A stretch of 54,689 nt of DNA, taken from Betaproteobacteria bacterium (GTDB lineage Bacteria; Pseudomonadota; Gammaproteobacteria; Burkholderiales; Burkholderiaceae_C). Numbering within the stretch: position 1 is the first letter of the stretch; each line of letters starts with the position of its first letter. The DNA lies in NCBI GenBank assembly GCA_009925925.1, contig RFQA01000001.1, positions 1 through 54,689 on the forward strand. Direction: 5' to 3'. Below are positions 18,395-28,006 of this stretch, one piece after another. Under the pieces are notes generated by a model, which made no database searches, was not told the origin of the DNA, and saw only the letters and a list, made by a program, of their open reading frames with translations. Position numbers and translations under genes: made by a program.

Positions 18395-19873
18395 TCAAGG
18401 AAAACGGGAAATCACCTGTGCCACTGCGGCAGTGAGTTTTTTGGCATACGGCACATGCAAAAACTCATTCGGTCCATGGGCATTGCTCTTGGGGCCCAGC
18501 ACACCACACACCATCATCTGTGCTTTCGGGAAGCCCTTGGACAGCATGTTCATCAGCGGGATCGTACCGCCCTGACCAATGTGGCCACAGGGTGCACCGA
18601 AGTTCGCATTTGAGGCGTCGTTCAGCGCTGCATCAAACCAGGGCGCGGTATCCGGAGCATTCCAGCCGGTGGCGCTGGACAGCCCTTCAAACGTGACTTT
18701 GGCTTGGTAAGGCGCGTTGTCTTCCAAGAGCGTCTTCAACTCCTGGACGGCAGAAGCCGCCTCCACCAAAGGTGGCAGACGCAAGCTCAACTTGAACGCG
18801 GTGTAAGGCCGCAGCACGTTACCGGCATTTTTGATGTCGGGAAAGCCATCTGCCCCGGTGACACTCAGCGTGGGCTGCCAAGTGCGCTTGAGCAAGGCCT
18901 CCAGCGGGTCCGAGGTGGTGGGCAACGCGAAGGTAGTGGCGCCACCGCAGTCGTAGTGCGCCCAGGGGAAGCGCTTGAACAATTCATCACCCAAGATTCC
19001 TGCAGTCGCCCGCGCCTGCTGCATGCGCTCGGCAGGGACTTCGCAGTGGAAATTGGCCGGCAGCAGATGGCCGGTTTTGCTGTCCTCCAGGCGGTCCAGC
19101 ACCTGGCGCAGGATGCGGAAGCTCGAAGGCACCAGGCCACTGGCGTCCCCCGAGTGAATGCCTTCGGTCAGGATCTCGACCTTCAACACGCCGCTGGCCA
19201 TACCACGCAGGCTGTTGGTCAACCACAACTGGTCGTAATTGCCGGCTCCGGAGTCCAGGCACACCACCAGCCCCACATCACCCAAGCGGGGCTTGAGAGC
19301 ATCCACATAATGCAGCAGGTCGTAAGAGCCGCTTTCCTCGCAGGTCTCGATCAGGCCGACCACACGCGGGTGACGCAGCTTCTGATCTTTGAGCGCCTGC
19401 AGTGCGGCAATCGCCGCATAGGCAGCGTAGCCGTCATCCGCGCCGCCACGGCCGTAGAGCTTGCCGTCCTCGTATTTGGGGGTCCAAGGACCCAGGTCGT
19501 TGCGCCAACCCGAGAACTCGGGCTGCTTGTCCAAGTGGCCGTACATGAGCACGGTTTCGCCGGATGCAGGCACCTCGCCTGCTTCACCACCACTGGCAGG
19601 AATTTCAAAAAAGATGACCGGGGTACGCCCCTCGAGCCGGATGACCTCCAGCTTCAGGCCGGGAACTTTCTGGGCCTCGATCCATTGGGCGGTATTGCGC
19701 ACCACGGTGTCCAGCAAACCAGCTTCCGACCATTGCGCGTCAAACATCGGCGACTTGGCCGGAATACGGATGTATTCCTCCAGACGGTGAACGATGTCGG
19801 TGTCCCAAGCGGCACTGACGTGCTCCAGGGCTTGGGCGGTGTTGAATACAGAGGGTGGAACGCGGGCGTTCAT
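18395..19873 (-). CDS. M20/M25/M40 family metallopeptidase
   Basis: YGHLDKQP, GRGGADDG, CEESGS, SNAHGPNE; AGGAG before ATG 19873. Confidence 0.92.
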   Translation of the reverse strand: MNARVPPSVFNTAQALEHVSAAWDTDIVHRLEEYIRIPAKSPMFDAQWSEAGLLDTVVRNTAQWIEAQKVPGLKLEVIRLEGRTPVIFFEIPASGGEAGEVPASGETVLMYGHLDKQPEFSGWRNDLGPWTPKYEDGKLYGRGGADDGYAAYAAIAALQALKDQKLRHPRVVGLIETCEESGSYDLLHYVDALKPRLGDVGLVVCLDSGAGNYDQLWLTNSLRGMASGVLKVEILTEGIHSGDASGLVPSSFRILRQVLDRLEDSKTGHLLPANFHCEVPAERMQQARATAGILGDELFKRFPWAHYDCGGATTFALPTTSDPLEALLKRTWQPTLSVTGADGFPDIKNAGNVLRPYTAFKLSLRLPPLVEAASAVQELKTLLEDNAPYQAKVTFEGLSSATGWNAPDTAPWFDAALNDASNANFGAPCGHIGQGGTIPLMNMLSKGFPKAQMMVCGVLGPKSNAHGPNEFLHVPYAKKLTAAVAQVISRFP

Positions 19874-19961
19874 GGGGCTCCTGGTACAGATGCGGCGCGG
19901 GGCATCCATCATGCCATGCGCAGCCTGAATCTTGCTGGAGGCTTACCCGCAGTCGACTGCT

Positions 19962-20543
19962 TTAACGTGCCAATTTGTACACAGAAGTGCCGGCCCGAAG
20001 GTTGGGCAGGAAGCGGACCGTCTGACCATCCTGCAAACCAAAGCTGTCCAACACGCGCAAACCATTGCGCTGCGCCAGAACAACCAGGTCCGCATGGGTG
20101 CCGACGCGGATGTTGGGCGTGTCGTACCACTGGTAGGGCAATCGCTTGGTTACGGGCATGCGCCCTTGCAAAATGCTCAGGCGGTTGGGCCAATGGGCAA
20201 AGTTGGGGAAGGCCACAATGCCCACCCGTCCGACACGGGCCGTCTCAATCAACATGGTTTCGGCATTGCGCAGGTGCTGCAGGGTGTCGATCTGCAGCAC
20301 CACATCGAAGCTGGCGTCCTCAAACACGGTAAGCCCCTGGTCGAGGTTAAGCTGCAGCACATTCACGCCGCGTTTGACACAAGCCAGCACATTGGCATCG
20401 TCCAGCTCCACGCCGTAGCCGCTGCAGCCCCGCTCGCGCTGCAGGTAGTCCAGCATGGCGCCATCGCCACAACCGAGGTCGAGCACCCGGGAGCCCTGGG
20501 GCACCAAGCTGGCAATCGCGTGCAAAGTGCTTACATCCGTCAT
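19962..20543 (-). CDS. metW: Methionine biosynthesis protein MetW
   Basis: [24 protein letters not shown]; coupled to metX. Confidence 0.95.
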   Translation of the reverse strand: MTDVSTLHAIASLVPQGSRVLDLGCGDGAMLDYLQRERGCSGYGVELDDANVLACVKRGVNVLQLNLDQGLTVFEDASFDVVLQIDTLQHLRNAETMLIETARVGRVGIVAFPNFAHWPNRLSILQGRMPVTKRLPYQWYDTPNIRVGTHADLVVLAQRNGLRVLDSFGLQDGQTVRFLPNLRAGTSVYKLAR

Positions 20544-21688
20544 GCCTTGGACTCCAAACCATTGAAAATGCTATCAAAATAAGAGCGCATCACGCTCATA
20601 TAACGGGCGTCATCGAGCAAAAAGGCGTCGTGACCGTGGGGTGCATCGATTTCAGCGTAACTGACCTCGCGCTTGTTATCCAACAAGGCCTTCACCACCT
20701 CGCGGCTGCGTTGGGGGCTGAAGCGCCAATCCGTCGTGAAGCTCACCAGCAAAAACTTGGCGCGCGTGCGGGCCAGGGCTTGGCTCAGGTCGCCGCCTGA
20801 GGCTTTGGCAGGGTCAAAGTAGTCCAGAGCGCGGGTAATCAGGAGATACGTGTTGGCATCAAAGTACTCGGCAAACTTGTCGCCCTGGTAGCGCAGATAG
20901 CTCTCGATCTGGAACTCCACTTCCTGCGTGCTGTACTTGTAGCCGTTGGCGCTGGCCAGCACTTTGTCTTTGAGCTCGCGGCCGAACTTGGCGTTCATCA
21001 CGTCATCGCTCAGGTAGGTGATGTGGCCGATCATGCGGGCAATGCGAAGGCCCCGCTTGGGGATGACGCCATGCTCGTAAAAGTGCCCGCCATGGAAGTC
21101 GGGGTCGGTCACGATGGCGCGGCGCGCCACTTCATTGAACGCAATGTTTTCCGCATTCAGGTTGGGCGCACTGGCCACCACCACCGCGTGGCGCATGCGC
21201 TCAGGATATTGCAGTGTCCAGCTCAGGGCCTGCATGCCGCCCAAGCTGCCGCCCAAGACCGCAGCCAGCGTCTGGATGCCCAGCGCGTCGAGCAGGCGGG
21301 CTTGGGCGTTCACCCAATCTTCGACAGTAACCACCGGAAAGTCCGCGCCATAGACCTTGCCCGTGTCGGGGTGGGTGTGCATGGGGCCGGTGGATCCGAA
21401 ACAAGAGCCCAGGTTGTTGATGCCGATGACAAAGAATTTGTCCGTATCCACCGACTTGCCCGGGCCGATCATGTTGTCCCACCAGCCTTCGGACTTGTCC
21501 TGCCCCTCGTAAACGCCCGCTACATGGTGCGAGGCATTCAGGGCGTGGCACACCAGCACCGCGTTGGATTTGTCGGCATTGAGCGTGCCGTAGGTCTCGT
21601 AACTCAGGGAATAGCCGTGGATGGACGCCCCGCTTTGCAACTGCAAAGGGGCGTCAAAGCGCATGGTTTGGGGCGTGGCAATCAGCAT
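20540..21688 (-). CDS. metX: Homoserine O-acyltransferase MetX
   Basis: [33 protein letters not shown]. Confidence 0.96.
   Translation of the reverse strand: MLIATPQTMRFDAPLQLQSGASIHGYSLSYETYGTLNADKSNAVLVCHALNASHHVAGVYEGQDKSEGWWDNMIGPGKSVDTDKFFVIGINNLGSCFGSTGPMHTHPDTGKVYGADFPVVTVEDWVNAQARLLDALGIQTLAAVLGGSLGGMQALSWTLQYPERMRHAVVVASAPNLNAENIAFNEVARRAIVTDPDFHGGHFYEHGVIPKRGLRIARMIGHITYLSDDVMNAKFGRELKDKVLASANGYKYSTQEVEFQIESYLRYQGDKFAEYFDANTYLLITRALDYFDPAKASGGDLSQALARTRAKFLLVSFTTDWRFSPQRSREVVKALLDNKREVSYAEIDAPHGHDAFLLDDARYMSVMRSYFDSIFNGLESKA
20570..20624 (+). repeat. Dispersed motif, copy I (inside metX 3' end, antisense)
   Basis: gctat caaaata agagc gcatc acgc tcatataacgggc gtc atcgagcaaaaag. Confidence 0.6.
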
Positions 21689-21726
21689 AAAAACAAAACC
21701 CGGCAACACTAAACGCGGGCCGGGTT
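21689..21726 (-). terminator. Terminator-like hairpin in the metX leader
   Basis: Minus strand aacccggc-loop-gccgggtt followed by ttgttttt, immediately before the metX ATG. Confidence 0.65.
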
Positions 21727-21745
21727 GAAATGCCAGAAGGCGGGT

Positions 21746-21797
21746 CCGTGTTTAGCTGAATTTATTAAGCGCCCGCAAGCTGGAGCAAATTGGCGCT
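21746..21797 (-). ncRNA. SAM-II class riboswitch
   Basis: Minus strand AGCGCCAAUUUG...UUGCGGGCGCUUAAUAAAUUCAGCUAAACACGG: P1 agcgcc/ggcgcu, UUU..UUGC loop and AUAAA..GCUAAA tail typical of SAM-II. Lies upstream of metX, with a TATACT -10 at 21808-21813. Confidence 0.85.
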
Positions 21798-21868
21798 GTG
21801 AGTGGCGAGTATAGCAAGGGACGCCTTTTTCGGGGTCTAACTCATAACCACGCACCAGCTTGGAATGC

Positions 21869-21885
21869 TTGGCGTGTTTTTTGCT
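21869..21885 (+). promoter_or_regulatory. Sigma-54 (-24/-12) promoter of amt
   Basis: TTGGCGTGTTTTTTGCT has GG-N10-GC spacing; NtrC-like GCACC boxes nearby (21851-21867, 21882-21898, 21921-21937). Confidence 0.7.
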
Positions 21886-21958
21886 TTATTTTGGTGCGCA
21901 AATTCATTTTTAAATGGTTTTGCACCAATCCAAAGCATTTATCGACCAAAGGACTCGT

Positions 21959-22986
21959 ATGGAAGCACTAAAACAGGGCGCGGATGCCTTGTTCATTTTG
22001 TTGGGCGCAATCATGGTGCTGGCCATGCACGCCGGTTTTGCCTTTCTGGAACTCGGCACCGTGCGTCGCAAGAACCAGGTGAACGCGCTGGTCAAGATCC
22101 TGGTGGACTTCTCGGTGTCTACCGTGGTGTATTTCGTGGTCGGGTACGCCGTGGCCTACGGCACCACCTTCTTTGTCGGTGCCGTGTCTGGAACCAGCAC
22201 TTAGGTGTGCAGGCCTGGATCAAGGCGCTGACCGGCGACGAGTTTCACGACTTTGCCGGCAGCGTGGTGGTCCACGCCGTGGGCGGCTGGATTGCCTTGG
22301 GCGCCGTGCTCTTGCTGGGTGCGCGCAGCAACCGCTACCGCAAAGACGGCGCGATGTCGGCTCATCCGCCAAGCAGCATTCCCTTCCTTGCCTTGGGCGC
22401 GTGGATTTTGATCGTGGGCTGGTTCGGCTTTAACGTGATGAGCGCACAGCTGCTCGACAAAATGTCCGGCCTGGTGGCGGTGAACTCGTTGATGGCCATG
22501 GTGGGCGGCACGCTGGTGGCCCTGCTCATGGGCAAAAACGACCCTGGCTTTGTGCACAACGGCCCGCTAGCCGGTCTGGTAGCCGTGTGCGCCGGTTCCG
22601 ACCTGATGCACCCGCTGGGCGCACTGGTGGTGGGCGGTGTGGCCGGCGCCATTTTTGTGGTGATGTTCACCCTGACCCAGAACAAATGGAAGATTGACGA
22701 CGTGCTGGGCGTCTGGCCCTTGCACGGCCTGTGCGGTACCTGGGGGGGTATTGCAGCAGGCATTTTCGGAAGCACTGCATTCGGCGGCTTGGGTGGCGTC
22801 AACTTCATGGCCCAGCTCATCGGCACTGCCATGGGCGTGGCATGGGCAGCCGCGGCGGGCTTTGTGGTCTACGGACTGCTCAAAGCGACCGTGGGCCTGC
22901 GCCTGAGCCAGGAAGAGGAATACGACGGCGCAGACCTCTCCATCCACAAAATCAGCGCCACGCCAGAGCGGGAAGCCAACTGGTAA
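21959..22986 (+). pseudogene. amt: Ammonium transporter with an internal frameshifting deletion near 22184 (pseudogene or assembly artefact)
   Basis: N-part MHAGFAFLELGTVRRKNQVNAL...FFVGA is in one frame and VWNQH...HDFAGSVVVH, GWFGFN, DDVLGVWPLHG is in another. The conserved F..A...ISG..AER...YP segment is missing. Confidence 0.85.
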
Positions 22987-23006
22987 TCGGGCTGTTAAAG
23001 CAGGTT

Positions 23007-23062
23007 GCTATGCTTTTCATAGCTACCTGCACTAATTTCATGGGCGCTAGCGCCCATTTTTG
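23007..23062 (+). repeat. Dispersed motif, copy B (after amt, overlapping the DoxX stop)
   Basis: gctat gcttttc atagc tacct gcac taatttcatgggc gct agcgcccatttttg. Confidence 0.78.
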
Positions 23063-23532
23063 TTGATAAACCGGTCTGCCGCCCACGCGCCGGGGCCATA
23101 CAAAGCCAGAGTCAGCAACAACACACCCCAAGTGATGTGCTGTTGCAACGCTGCGGGCGCAATCTCGCTCAGGGACAGCACCGCCATCACGTTGACCACA
23201 CTCAGGCCCAGGGCCGCGAACCGGCCGCCCAAGCCCAAGACTAACAAGACTGGCAATACGAGCTCACCCGCAGTGCCCATCCAGGCTGCCAGCTCCGGAG
23301 GCAGCAGGGGTACGTGGTATTCGTCCATGAACAAGGACAGTGTGATGTCCCAGTCGCGCAGCTTGGTCAAGCCGGACGAGAAAAATGCGTTCGCGACATA
23401 CAGCCGCGCCAGCAAGGCGGCAGGTGCTTGCAAAGCGTCCAGCAGGCGATGGCCACTCGCCACAAGCTTCGACACGCGCGTGAGCCAATGGCCGCTACCG
23501 GCGCGGGATGAGGTTGCCAATAGAGATTTCAT
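23047..23532 (-). CDS. DoxX family membrane protein (BufD-like)
   Basis: LLARLYVA..FFSSGLTK, LFMDEYHVPLLPP, ELVLPVLLVLGL, GPGAWAAD. Confidence 0.85.
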   Translation of the reverse strand: MKSLLATSSRAGSGHWLTRVSKLVASGHRLLDALQAPAALLARLYVANAFFSSGLTKLRDWDITLSLFMDEYHVPLLPPELAAWMGTAGELVLPVLLVLGLGGRFAALGLSVVNVMAVLSLSEIAPAALQQHITWGVLLLTLALYGPGAWAADRFINKNGR

Positions 23533-23563
23533 ACAGACTCTTTTCAAACACAGGACATAGCGA

Positions 23564-24337
23564 TCACTCGCCGGAATGCACCGCCAACAACAAGCCGCTT
23601 TGAACAGCCACGGTCAGCCACTGCGAGACATCCAGATGAGGCACTGCATCCAAGGCCTCACCCAGGCTGCGGCCCGCTAGCAGGGCGTGAAGGAACACAG
23701 CTTCCCCCTCCAAGGCCACACGCACACAGGGCTTGAACCCCTGCCGCCAGACCACTGCATCCTCGCCCGCTTTGGCTTGCAACAAACGACCGACCTCTTC
23801 AAAGCTGGGGCCGTTCTCACGATGCGCCGCATGGATGGTGGCAACCGGCCAATCACTGCACTGCACTGCGGCACCGGGCGATAGGCGTAAGCACAACATG
23901 CCGGAGTCTTGGGTACTCAATAGCGTCAAGGTGTTCAGCTCCGAGTTCGCGTTTTCCAGCGTGGCCATGCTGTGCAGGGCCCATTCCAAACGCGCCACAT
24001 CGGGGAGAAAAGGCGTGTCCTGCAGCTGGCTGCTACTCGCCACAAAGTCGGCCAAGCTTTCGCCCCATTGCGCCACGTCGCCGCGCACTGGGGGGTGGGC
24101 ATGCCAGTAGGCGCGGGCCAAGTCGCCCATGCTTTCCACGCCTAATAGTTGGGTCAACACCGGATAAGCGGCCTGCAGCGCGCGTTCTGCCAGCGCATGC
24201 GCATTCGATTGATAGGCTTTCAGGCCTCTGGCGCCCGGATCTATTGCGCGAGCAGCTATGTTTTTCATAGCATCTTCCGCAGGCCAATCACAAAGCGCTG
24301 CTACCAACGCTTGTTGTTGCTGTGCCAGGGTGCTCAT
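23564..24337 (-). CDS. DUF2063 / BufC-HvfC-like partner protein
   Basis: [39 protein letters not shown]; ATGA-coupled to the DUF692 gene. Confidence 0.85.
   Translation of the reverse strand: MSTLAQQQQALVAALCDWPAEDAMKNIAARAIDPGARGLKAYQSNAHALAERALQAAYPVLTQLLGVESMGDLARAYWHAHPPVRGDVAQWGESLADFVASSSQLQDTPFLPDVARLEWALHSMATLENANSELNTLTLLSTQDSGMLCLRLSPGAAVQCSDWPVATIHAAHRENGPSFEEVGRLLQAKAGEDAVVWRQGFKPCVRVALEGEAVFLHALLAGRSLGEALDAVPHLDVSQWLTVAVQSGLLLAVHSGE
24217..24271 (-). repeat. Dispersed motif, copy G (inside the DUF2063 gene, sense)
   Basis: Reverse complement: gctat gaaaaac atagc tgctc gcgc aatagatccgggc gcc agaggcctgaaag; encodes [18 protein letters not shown]. Confidence 0.8.
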
Positions 24338-25263
24338 GCGTCGCACGCCTCGGCTTGCTGCAAGGCGGTTTGAGCCATCTGGCGCGCCAACTCGGCTTCA
24401 CCCAGCAGCACTTCCAAGGCGGGCACGTCGGTGTCCCACTCCATTAACGTAGGTACCGCGCCGAAGCGCCGGATGGCATGGCGGTAGACCGCCCACACCG
24501 CGTCGCAGACTCGGCTTCCGTGGTCGTCGATCACGATGTGGCCATGCGCGTCATTCACCTCGCAATGGCCGGCCACATGCAACTCGCCCACCGAGGCGGA
24601 GTCGATGGCATCCAGCCAGGCACAGCACGAGGCCACCGGATCACGGGTATCGCCCTGCAGTTGTGCGTTCAGGGCATTGACGTAGATGTTGTTCACATCG
24701 ACCAGCAACTCGCAGCCGGTACGCCGGGCCAAGGCATTGAGGAAATCCGGCTCAGTCCATTCCTGCTCGCCCGGCACCGGACGCCACCGCAGATAGGCCG
24801 ACAGGTTTTCCACCATGAAGCGACGCTGCAAGCGGTCTTGCACACACTGCACGTTGGCACAAAGCGTGTCCAGCGCTTCGTCGCTAAACGGTAACGGCAG
24901 GAGATCGGCAGCATGCACCATGGCGACCGAACCCCAAGGCGCGCGGGCAAAGCTGGCATGGTCGCTGACCCTCACCGGGTCGATACGGCGTACCAGTGCA
25001 TCCAATTGGTCCAAATGCCAAAGGTTCAGCCCCGCGGCAGAGCCTAAGGACAGGCCCACGCCGTGCAGGCTGACCGGGTACAGGGCGCGCCCCTGTTCCA
25101 ACACAGCCAGGCTGGCTCCACCGCGGGCAAAAAAATTCTCGGAGTGGACTTCCAGAAAGTCCAGCGAGGGCTGCTGTTGCAGCACCTGCGCGTAATGGGG
25201 GTGCCGCCACCCGATACCGGCCCGAATGTCGCCGGACAGCGCCGGAGCATGTGGTGTTTGCAT
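24334..25263 (-). CDS. DUF692 multinuclear non-heme iron oxidase (MNIO, BufB-like)
   Basis: [63 protein letters not shown]. Start placed at ATG 25263. Confidence 0.93.
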   Translation of the reverse strand: MQTPHAPALSGDIRAGIGWRHPHYAQVLQQQPSLDFLEVHSENFFARGGASLAVLEQGRALYPVSLHGVGLSLGSAAGLNLWHLDQLDALVRRIDPVRVSDHASFARAPWGSVAMVHAADLLPLPFSDEALDTLCANVQCVQDRLQRRFMVENLSAYLRWRPVPGEQEWTEPDFLNALARRTGCELLVDVNNIYVNALNAQLQGDTRDPVASCCAWLDAIDSASVGELHVAGHCEVNDAHGHIVIDDHGSRVCDAVWAVYRHAIRRFGAVPTLMEWDTDVPALEVLLGEAELARQMAQTALQQAEACDA

Positions 25264-25310
25264 GAGCGGGTATGCGTGGGGGCGGACTTGGAAATGCAAT
25301 CGATGCAGAT

Positions 25311-25568
25311 TTACATCTTGGGCGCCATGAGGCTGCCCTTCATTTTTTCGCAAGTGCCTTTGGCCACATATTTCCATTCGCCTTTGTCCATGTCCACTTT
25401 GGACTGGCCGGCGCACGAATGAGCGCCGGAAGCGTTTGCGCAGTCGTTTTGACCGGCCTTGGCGATGCCGAAGCATTTCTCTTTTTCCTGGGCGGCAACG
25501 GGGGCAGACGCCAGGGTGAGGGACATCAGGGTGGCAGCGGTAGCGGCAAGCAGGGCACGTTGGTTCAT
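25311..25568 (-). CDS. DUF2282 bufferin-type precursor peptide (BufA1-like)
   Basis: Signal peptide, then [14 protein letters not shown]...HSCAGQ...W.YV..GTC (C-x10-C-x8-C-x20-C); AGGAG RBS. Confidence 0.9.
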   Translation of the reverse strand: MNQRALLAATAATLMSLTLASAPVAAQEKEKCFGIAKAGQNDCANASGAHSCAGQSKVDMDKGEWKYVAKGTCEKMKGSLMAPKM

Positions 25569-25650
25569 GTCGAAACTCCTAGAGTAATTGCATCAATGAA
25601 AACAACCATTCAGCCTCCGGTGCGGTGCGCTCCAGCGCTGTGGTTGACGT

Positions 25651-25679
25651 TTAGTCCTGCTGCAAGGTGCTTTCTTACA
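25651..25679 (-). promoter_or_regulatory. Putative ECF sigma promoter for the DUF2282 operon
   Basis: Minus strand TGTAAG-N16-GGACTAA, resembling GTAA-type ECF promoters; lies between the operon and its divergent ECF gene. Confidence 0.5.
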
Positions 25680-25741
25680 CTCCGCGCAAAAAAATTTAAA
25701 ACTCGCCCAGTACACTGCGCATCACACTCCGCGAGCACCCC

Positions 25742-26311
25742 ATGACCCGCTACGAAAACCAGGTCGCAGAACATCGCGACTATCTCTACAAGTTCGCCCG
25801 ATTGCAACTGCGCAATGAAGCGTGGGCAGAGGATGCTGTCTCCGAAACCCTGCTGGCCGCGCTCGCCAAACCGCAAGCATTCGACAACCGGTCGCAGCTC
25901 AAAACTTGGCTGGTTGGCATCCTCAAACACAAGGTCGTGGACGCGTTGCGCCACCACGGCCGGGAAGTCACGGGATTGGGCAGTTCGGAGGATGAAGATA
26001 CAGATCCGTTGGAGCTGCTGAACTTCAAGGCGGATGGGCACTTTGTAGAAACACCTGCGGATTGGGGCAACCCGGAACAGCAAACCAGCAGCCGGCAGTT
26101 CTTTGAAATTCTGGAAGCCTGCACGGAAAAACTACCCGCCGTGCAAGGGCGGCTGTTTCTGATGCGCGAATGGCTGGAGTTGTCTAGCGAAGAAATTTGT
26201 AAGGAACTCGATCTGACACCGACGAATCTCTACGTCCAACTCCACCGTGCCCGCTTGAGGCTCAGGGAATGTCTTGAAATGAATTGGTTCCAGAAAGCGG
26301 GTGCCTTGTGA
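25742..26311 (+). CDS. ECF sigma-70 factor
   Basis: AEDAVSETLLAAL, TWLVGILKHK, EICKEL, LHRARLRLRECL. Confidence 0.93.
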   Translation: MTRYENQVAEHRDYLYKFARLQLRNEAWAEDAVSETLLAALAKPQAFDNRSQLKTWLVGILKHKVVDALRHHGREVTGLGSSEDEDTDPLELLNFKADGHFVETPADWGNPEQQTSSRQFFEILEACTEKLPAVQGRLFLMREWLELSSEEICKELDLTPTNLYVQLHRARLRLRECLEMNWFQKAGAL

Positions 26312-26520
26312 AGCTGTTGCGCCGTACATGCAAAGAAGCTACCGCCTTGATGGTGGCGAGGGAAGATCGCGTCCTGCCGGTGGCAGACCGCGTCGCTTTG
26401 TATTTCCATCTCGCAGCCTGCAAGGCCTGCCCCCGCTTTGAAAAGCAGATGCTGACTATGCGCAACAGCATGCGCCAGTGGCGCCATTACAGCGAAAAAG
26501 ATGCCGATTCTGCCGGCTAG
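26308..26520 (+). CDS. Zinc-finger (zf-HC2/ZAS) anti-sigma factor
   Basis: TCKEA...HLAACKAC (Hx3Cx2C); GTGA overlap with the sigma stop. Confidence 0.88.
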   Translation: MKLLRRTCKEATALMVAREDRVLPVADRVALYFHLAACKACPRFEKQMLTMRNSMRQWRHYSEKDADSAG

Positions 26521-26705
26521 CCTGAAAAAACAAGAAAAACTAGGATTCCTCAACAAAGTAACGCATAATGGTTTGGCATTGCCGAAATATCGGTGTGCAA
26601 GTTTGCGGTGATTAGTCAGTTTCGCGTCTGCTTTAAGTCTTCAATGGTTTGTTGATTGCGGTTAAAGACTCCATCGCGTTTTGAGTTATTTTGAGGAGTC
26701 CATCC

Positions 26706-27137
26706 ATGGGCAACAAACTTTACGTAGGCAACTTGCCTTATTCTTTCCGTGACGAAGACCTGCAACAAGCGTTTTCCCAGCACGGTTCCGTTTCCAGCGC
26801 CAAAGTCATGATGGAACGCGACACCGGTCGCTCCAAGGGCTTCGGCTTTGTGGAAATGGGCAGCGATGCTGAAGCACAAACTGCTATCAGCGCCATGAAC
26901 GGTCAACAGTTCGGCGGCCGCGGTTTGGTCGTGAACGAAGCACGTCCCATGGAACCACGTCCTCCCCGTTCCGGCGGCTTCGGCGGCGGCGCTGGTGGTG
27001 GCGGTGGCTACGGCGGCGGTGGCCGTTCCGGTGGTGGCGGCTTCGGCGGCGGCGGCCGTTCCGGTGGCGGCGGCTACGGTGGCGGCGGTGACCGTTCCGG
27101 TGGCGGCGGCTACGGCGGTGGCCGTTCCAGCTACTAA
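26706..27137 (+). CDS. RRM RNA-binding protein with Gly-rich tail
   Basis: RNP2 LYVGNL, RNP1 KGFGFVEM, repeated GGGG(Y/F)GGGGRS; GAGGAG RBS. Confidence 0.95.
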   Translation: MGNKLYVGNLPYSFRDEDLQQAFSQHGSVSSAKVMMERDTGRSKGFGFVEMGSDAEAQTAISAMNGQQFGGRGLVVNEARPMEPRPPRSGGFGGGAGGGGGYGGGGRSGGGGFGGGGRSGGGGYGGGGDRSGGGGYGGGRSSY

Positions 27138-27160
27138 GCCAGGAACTGCTTCTGCAGATC

Positions 27161-27190
27161 AAAAAAGGGACCTTCGGGTCCCTTTTGTTT
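27161..27190. terminator. Bidirectional intrinsic terminator
   Basis: aaaagggacc-ttcg-ggtccctttt. Confidence 0.88.
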
Positions 27191-27209
27191 TACATGTCTC
27201 ACACGTCGG

Positions 27210-27986
27210 TTACGCCTCATCGATCCGACGCTTGCGGGGGCGCCCCGCCAAAGCTTTGTCAAACAAGGCATTCGGCAAAGCACGCAATAGCCTGGCCACC
27301 CAGCCCATTTGCCAAGGAATCACACGGTAACGAACACCCTGCGTGATAGCGGCAAATGCCCGCTGCGCGAAAGCATCGGCGGTCATCAGAAAAGGCATGG
27401 AGTAACGGTTCTGGCGGGTCAACGGTGTGTCGATGTAACCGGGACAAATGGTGACAACTTTGACGCCGCTGGCACGCAGTTCGCCCCGCAGTGATTCGCA
27501 ATAGGCAATCACAGCCGCCTTGCTTGCACAGTAGGCTCCGTGCCCGGGCAAGCCACGGATGCCGGCCACGCTGCCTATTCCGACCAGCCGGCCCGAACCG
27601 CGCTGTTCCATGGCAGCAATAAAGGGATGGAAAGTCGCCGCCAGGCCGATGTTATTGGTGGCAAAGGTCCGTTGCATGACATCAATATCACCACGAATGC
27701 TCGTATCCATACCGATGCTGATGCCGGCATTGGCCACTACTACATCCGGTACGCCCTGTGCACTCAAACAGGCATGACCCGCAGCCACAATGCTGTCAGT
27801 TTCTGCCACGTCTGCGCTGTAAACCTTGAAGCGCTGTGGGTTGAGCTGTTCAGTGGCCGCCCAGCGCTCAATCTCGGCGGTTCGCCTCGCCACCAATGCC
27901 AGCGAATAGCCTGCGTCATAAAAGCGTTTGGCCAAGGCCTGGCCAATTCCGCTGGAAGCGCCGGTAATGAAAATAAGCGGTGGCAT
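27210..27986 (-). CDS. SDR family oxidoreductase
   Basis: TGASSGIG, NAG, YCASK, PGYIDT. Confidence 0.93.
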   Translation of the reverse strand: MPPLIFITGASSGIGQALAKRFYDAGYSLALVARRTAEIERWAATEQLNPQRFKVYSADVAETDSIVAAGHACLSAQGVPDVVVANAGISIGMDTSIRGDIDVMQRTFATNNIGLAATFHPFIAAMEQRGSGRLVGIGSVAGIRGLPGHGAYCASKAAVIAYCESLRGELRASGVKVVTICPGYIDTPLTRQNRYSMPFLMTADAFAQRAFAAITQGVRYRVIPWQMGWVARLLRALPNALFDKALAGRPRKRRIDEA

Positions 27987-28006
27987 AAATTTCCTTGAAA
28001 ACTGAC

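Noticed and set aside
25264-25476. 71-aa N-terminal extension of the DUF692 ORF in the track
   Set aside because: It overlaps the DUF2282 precursor in another frame; the family-like sequence starts after ATG 25263.
26980-27130. ~30-bp tandem GGC-rich repeats resembling an array
   Set aside because: They encode the ordinary Gly-rich tail of the RRM protein; no spacers, not CRISPR.
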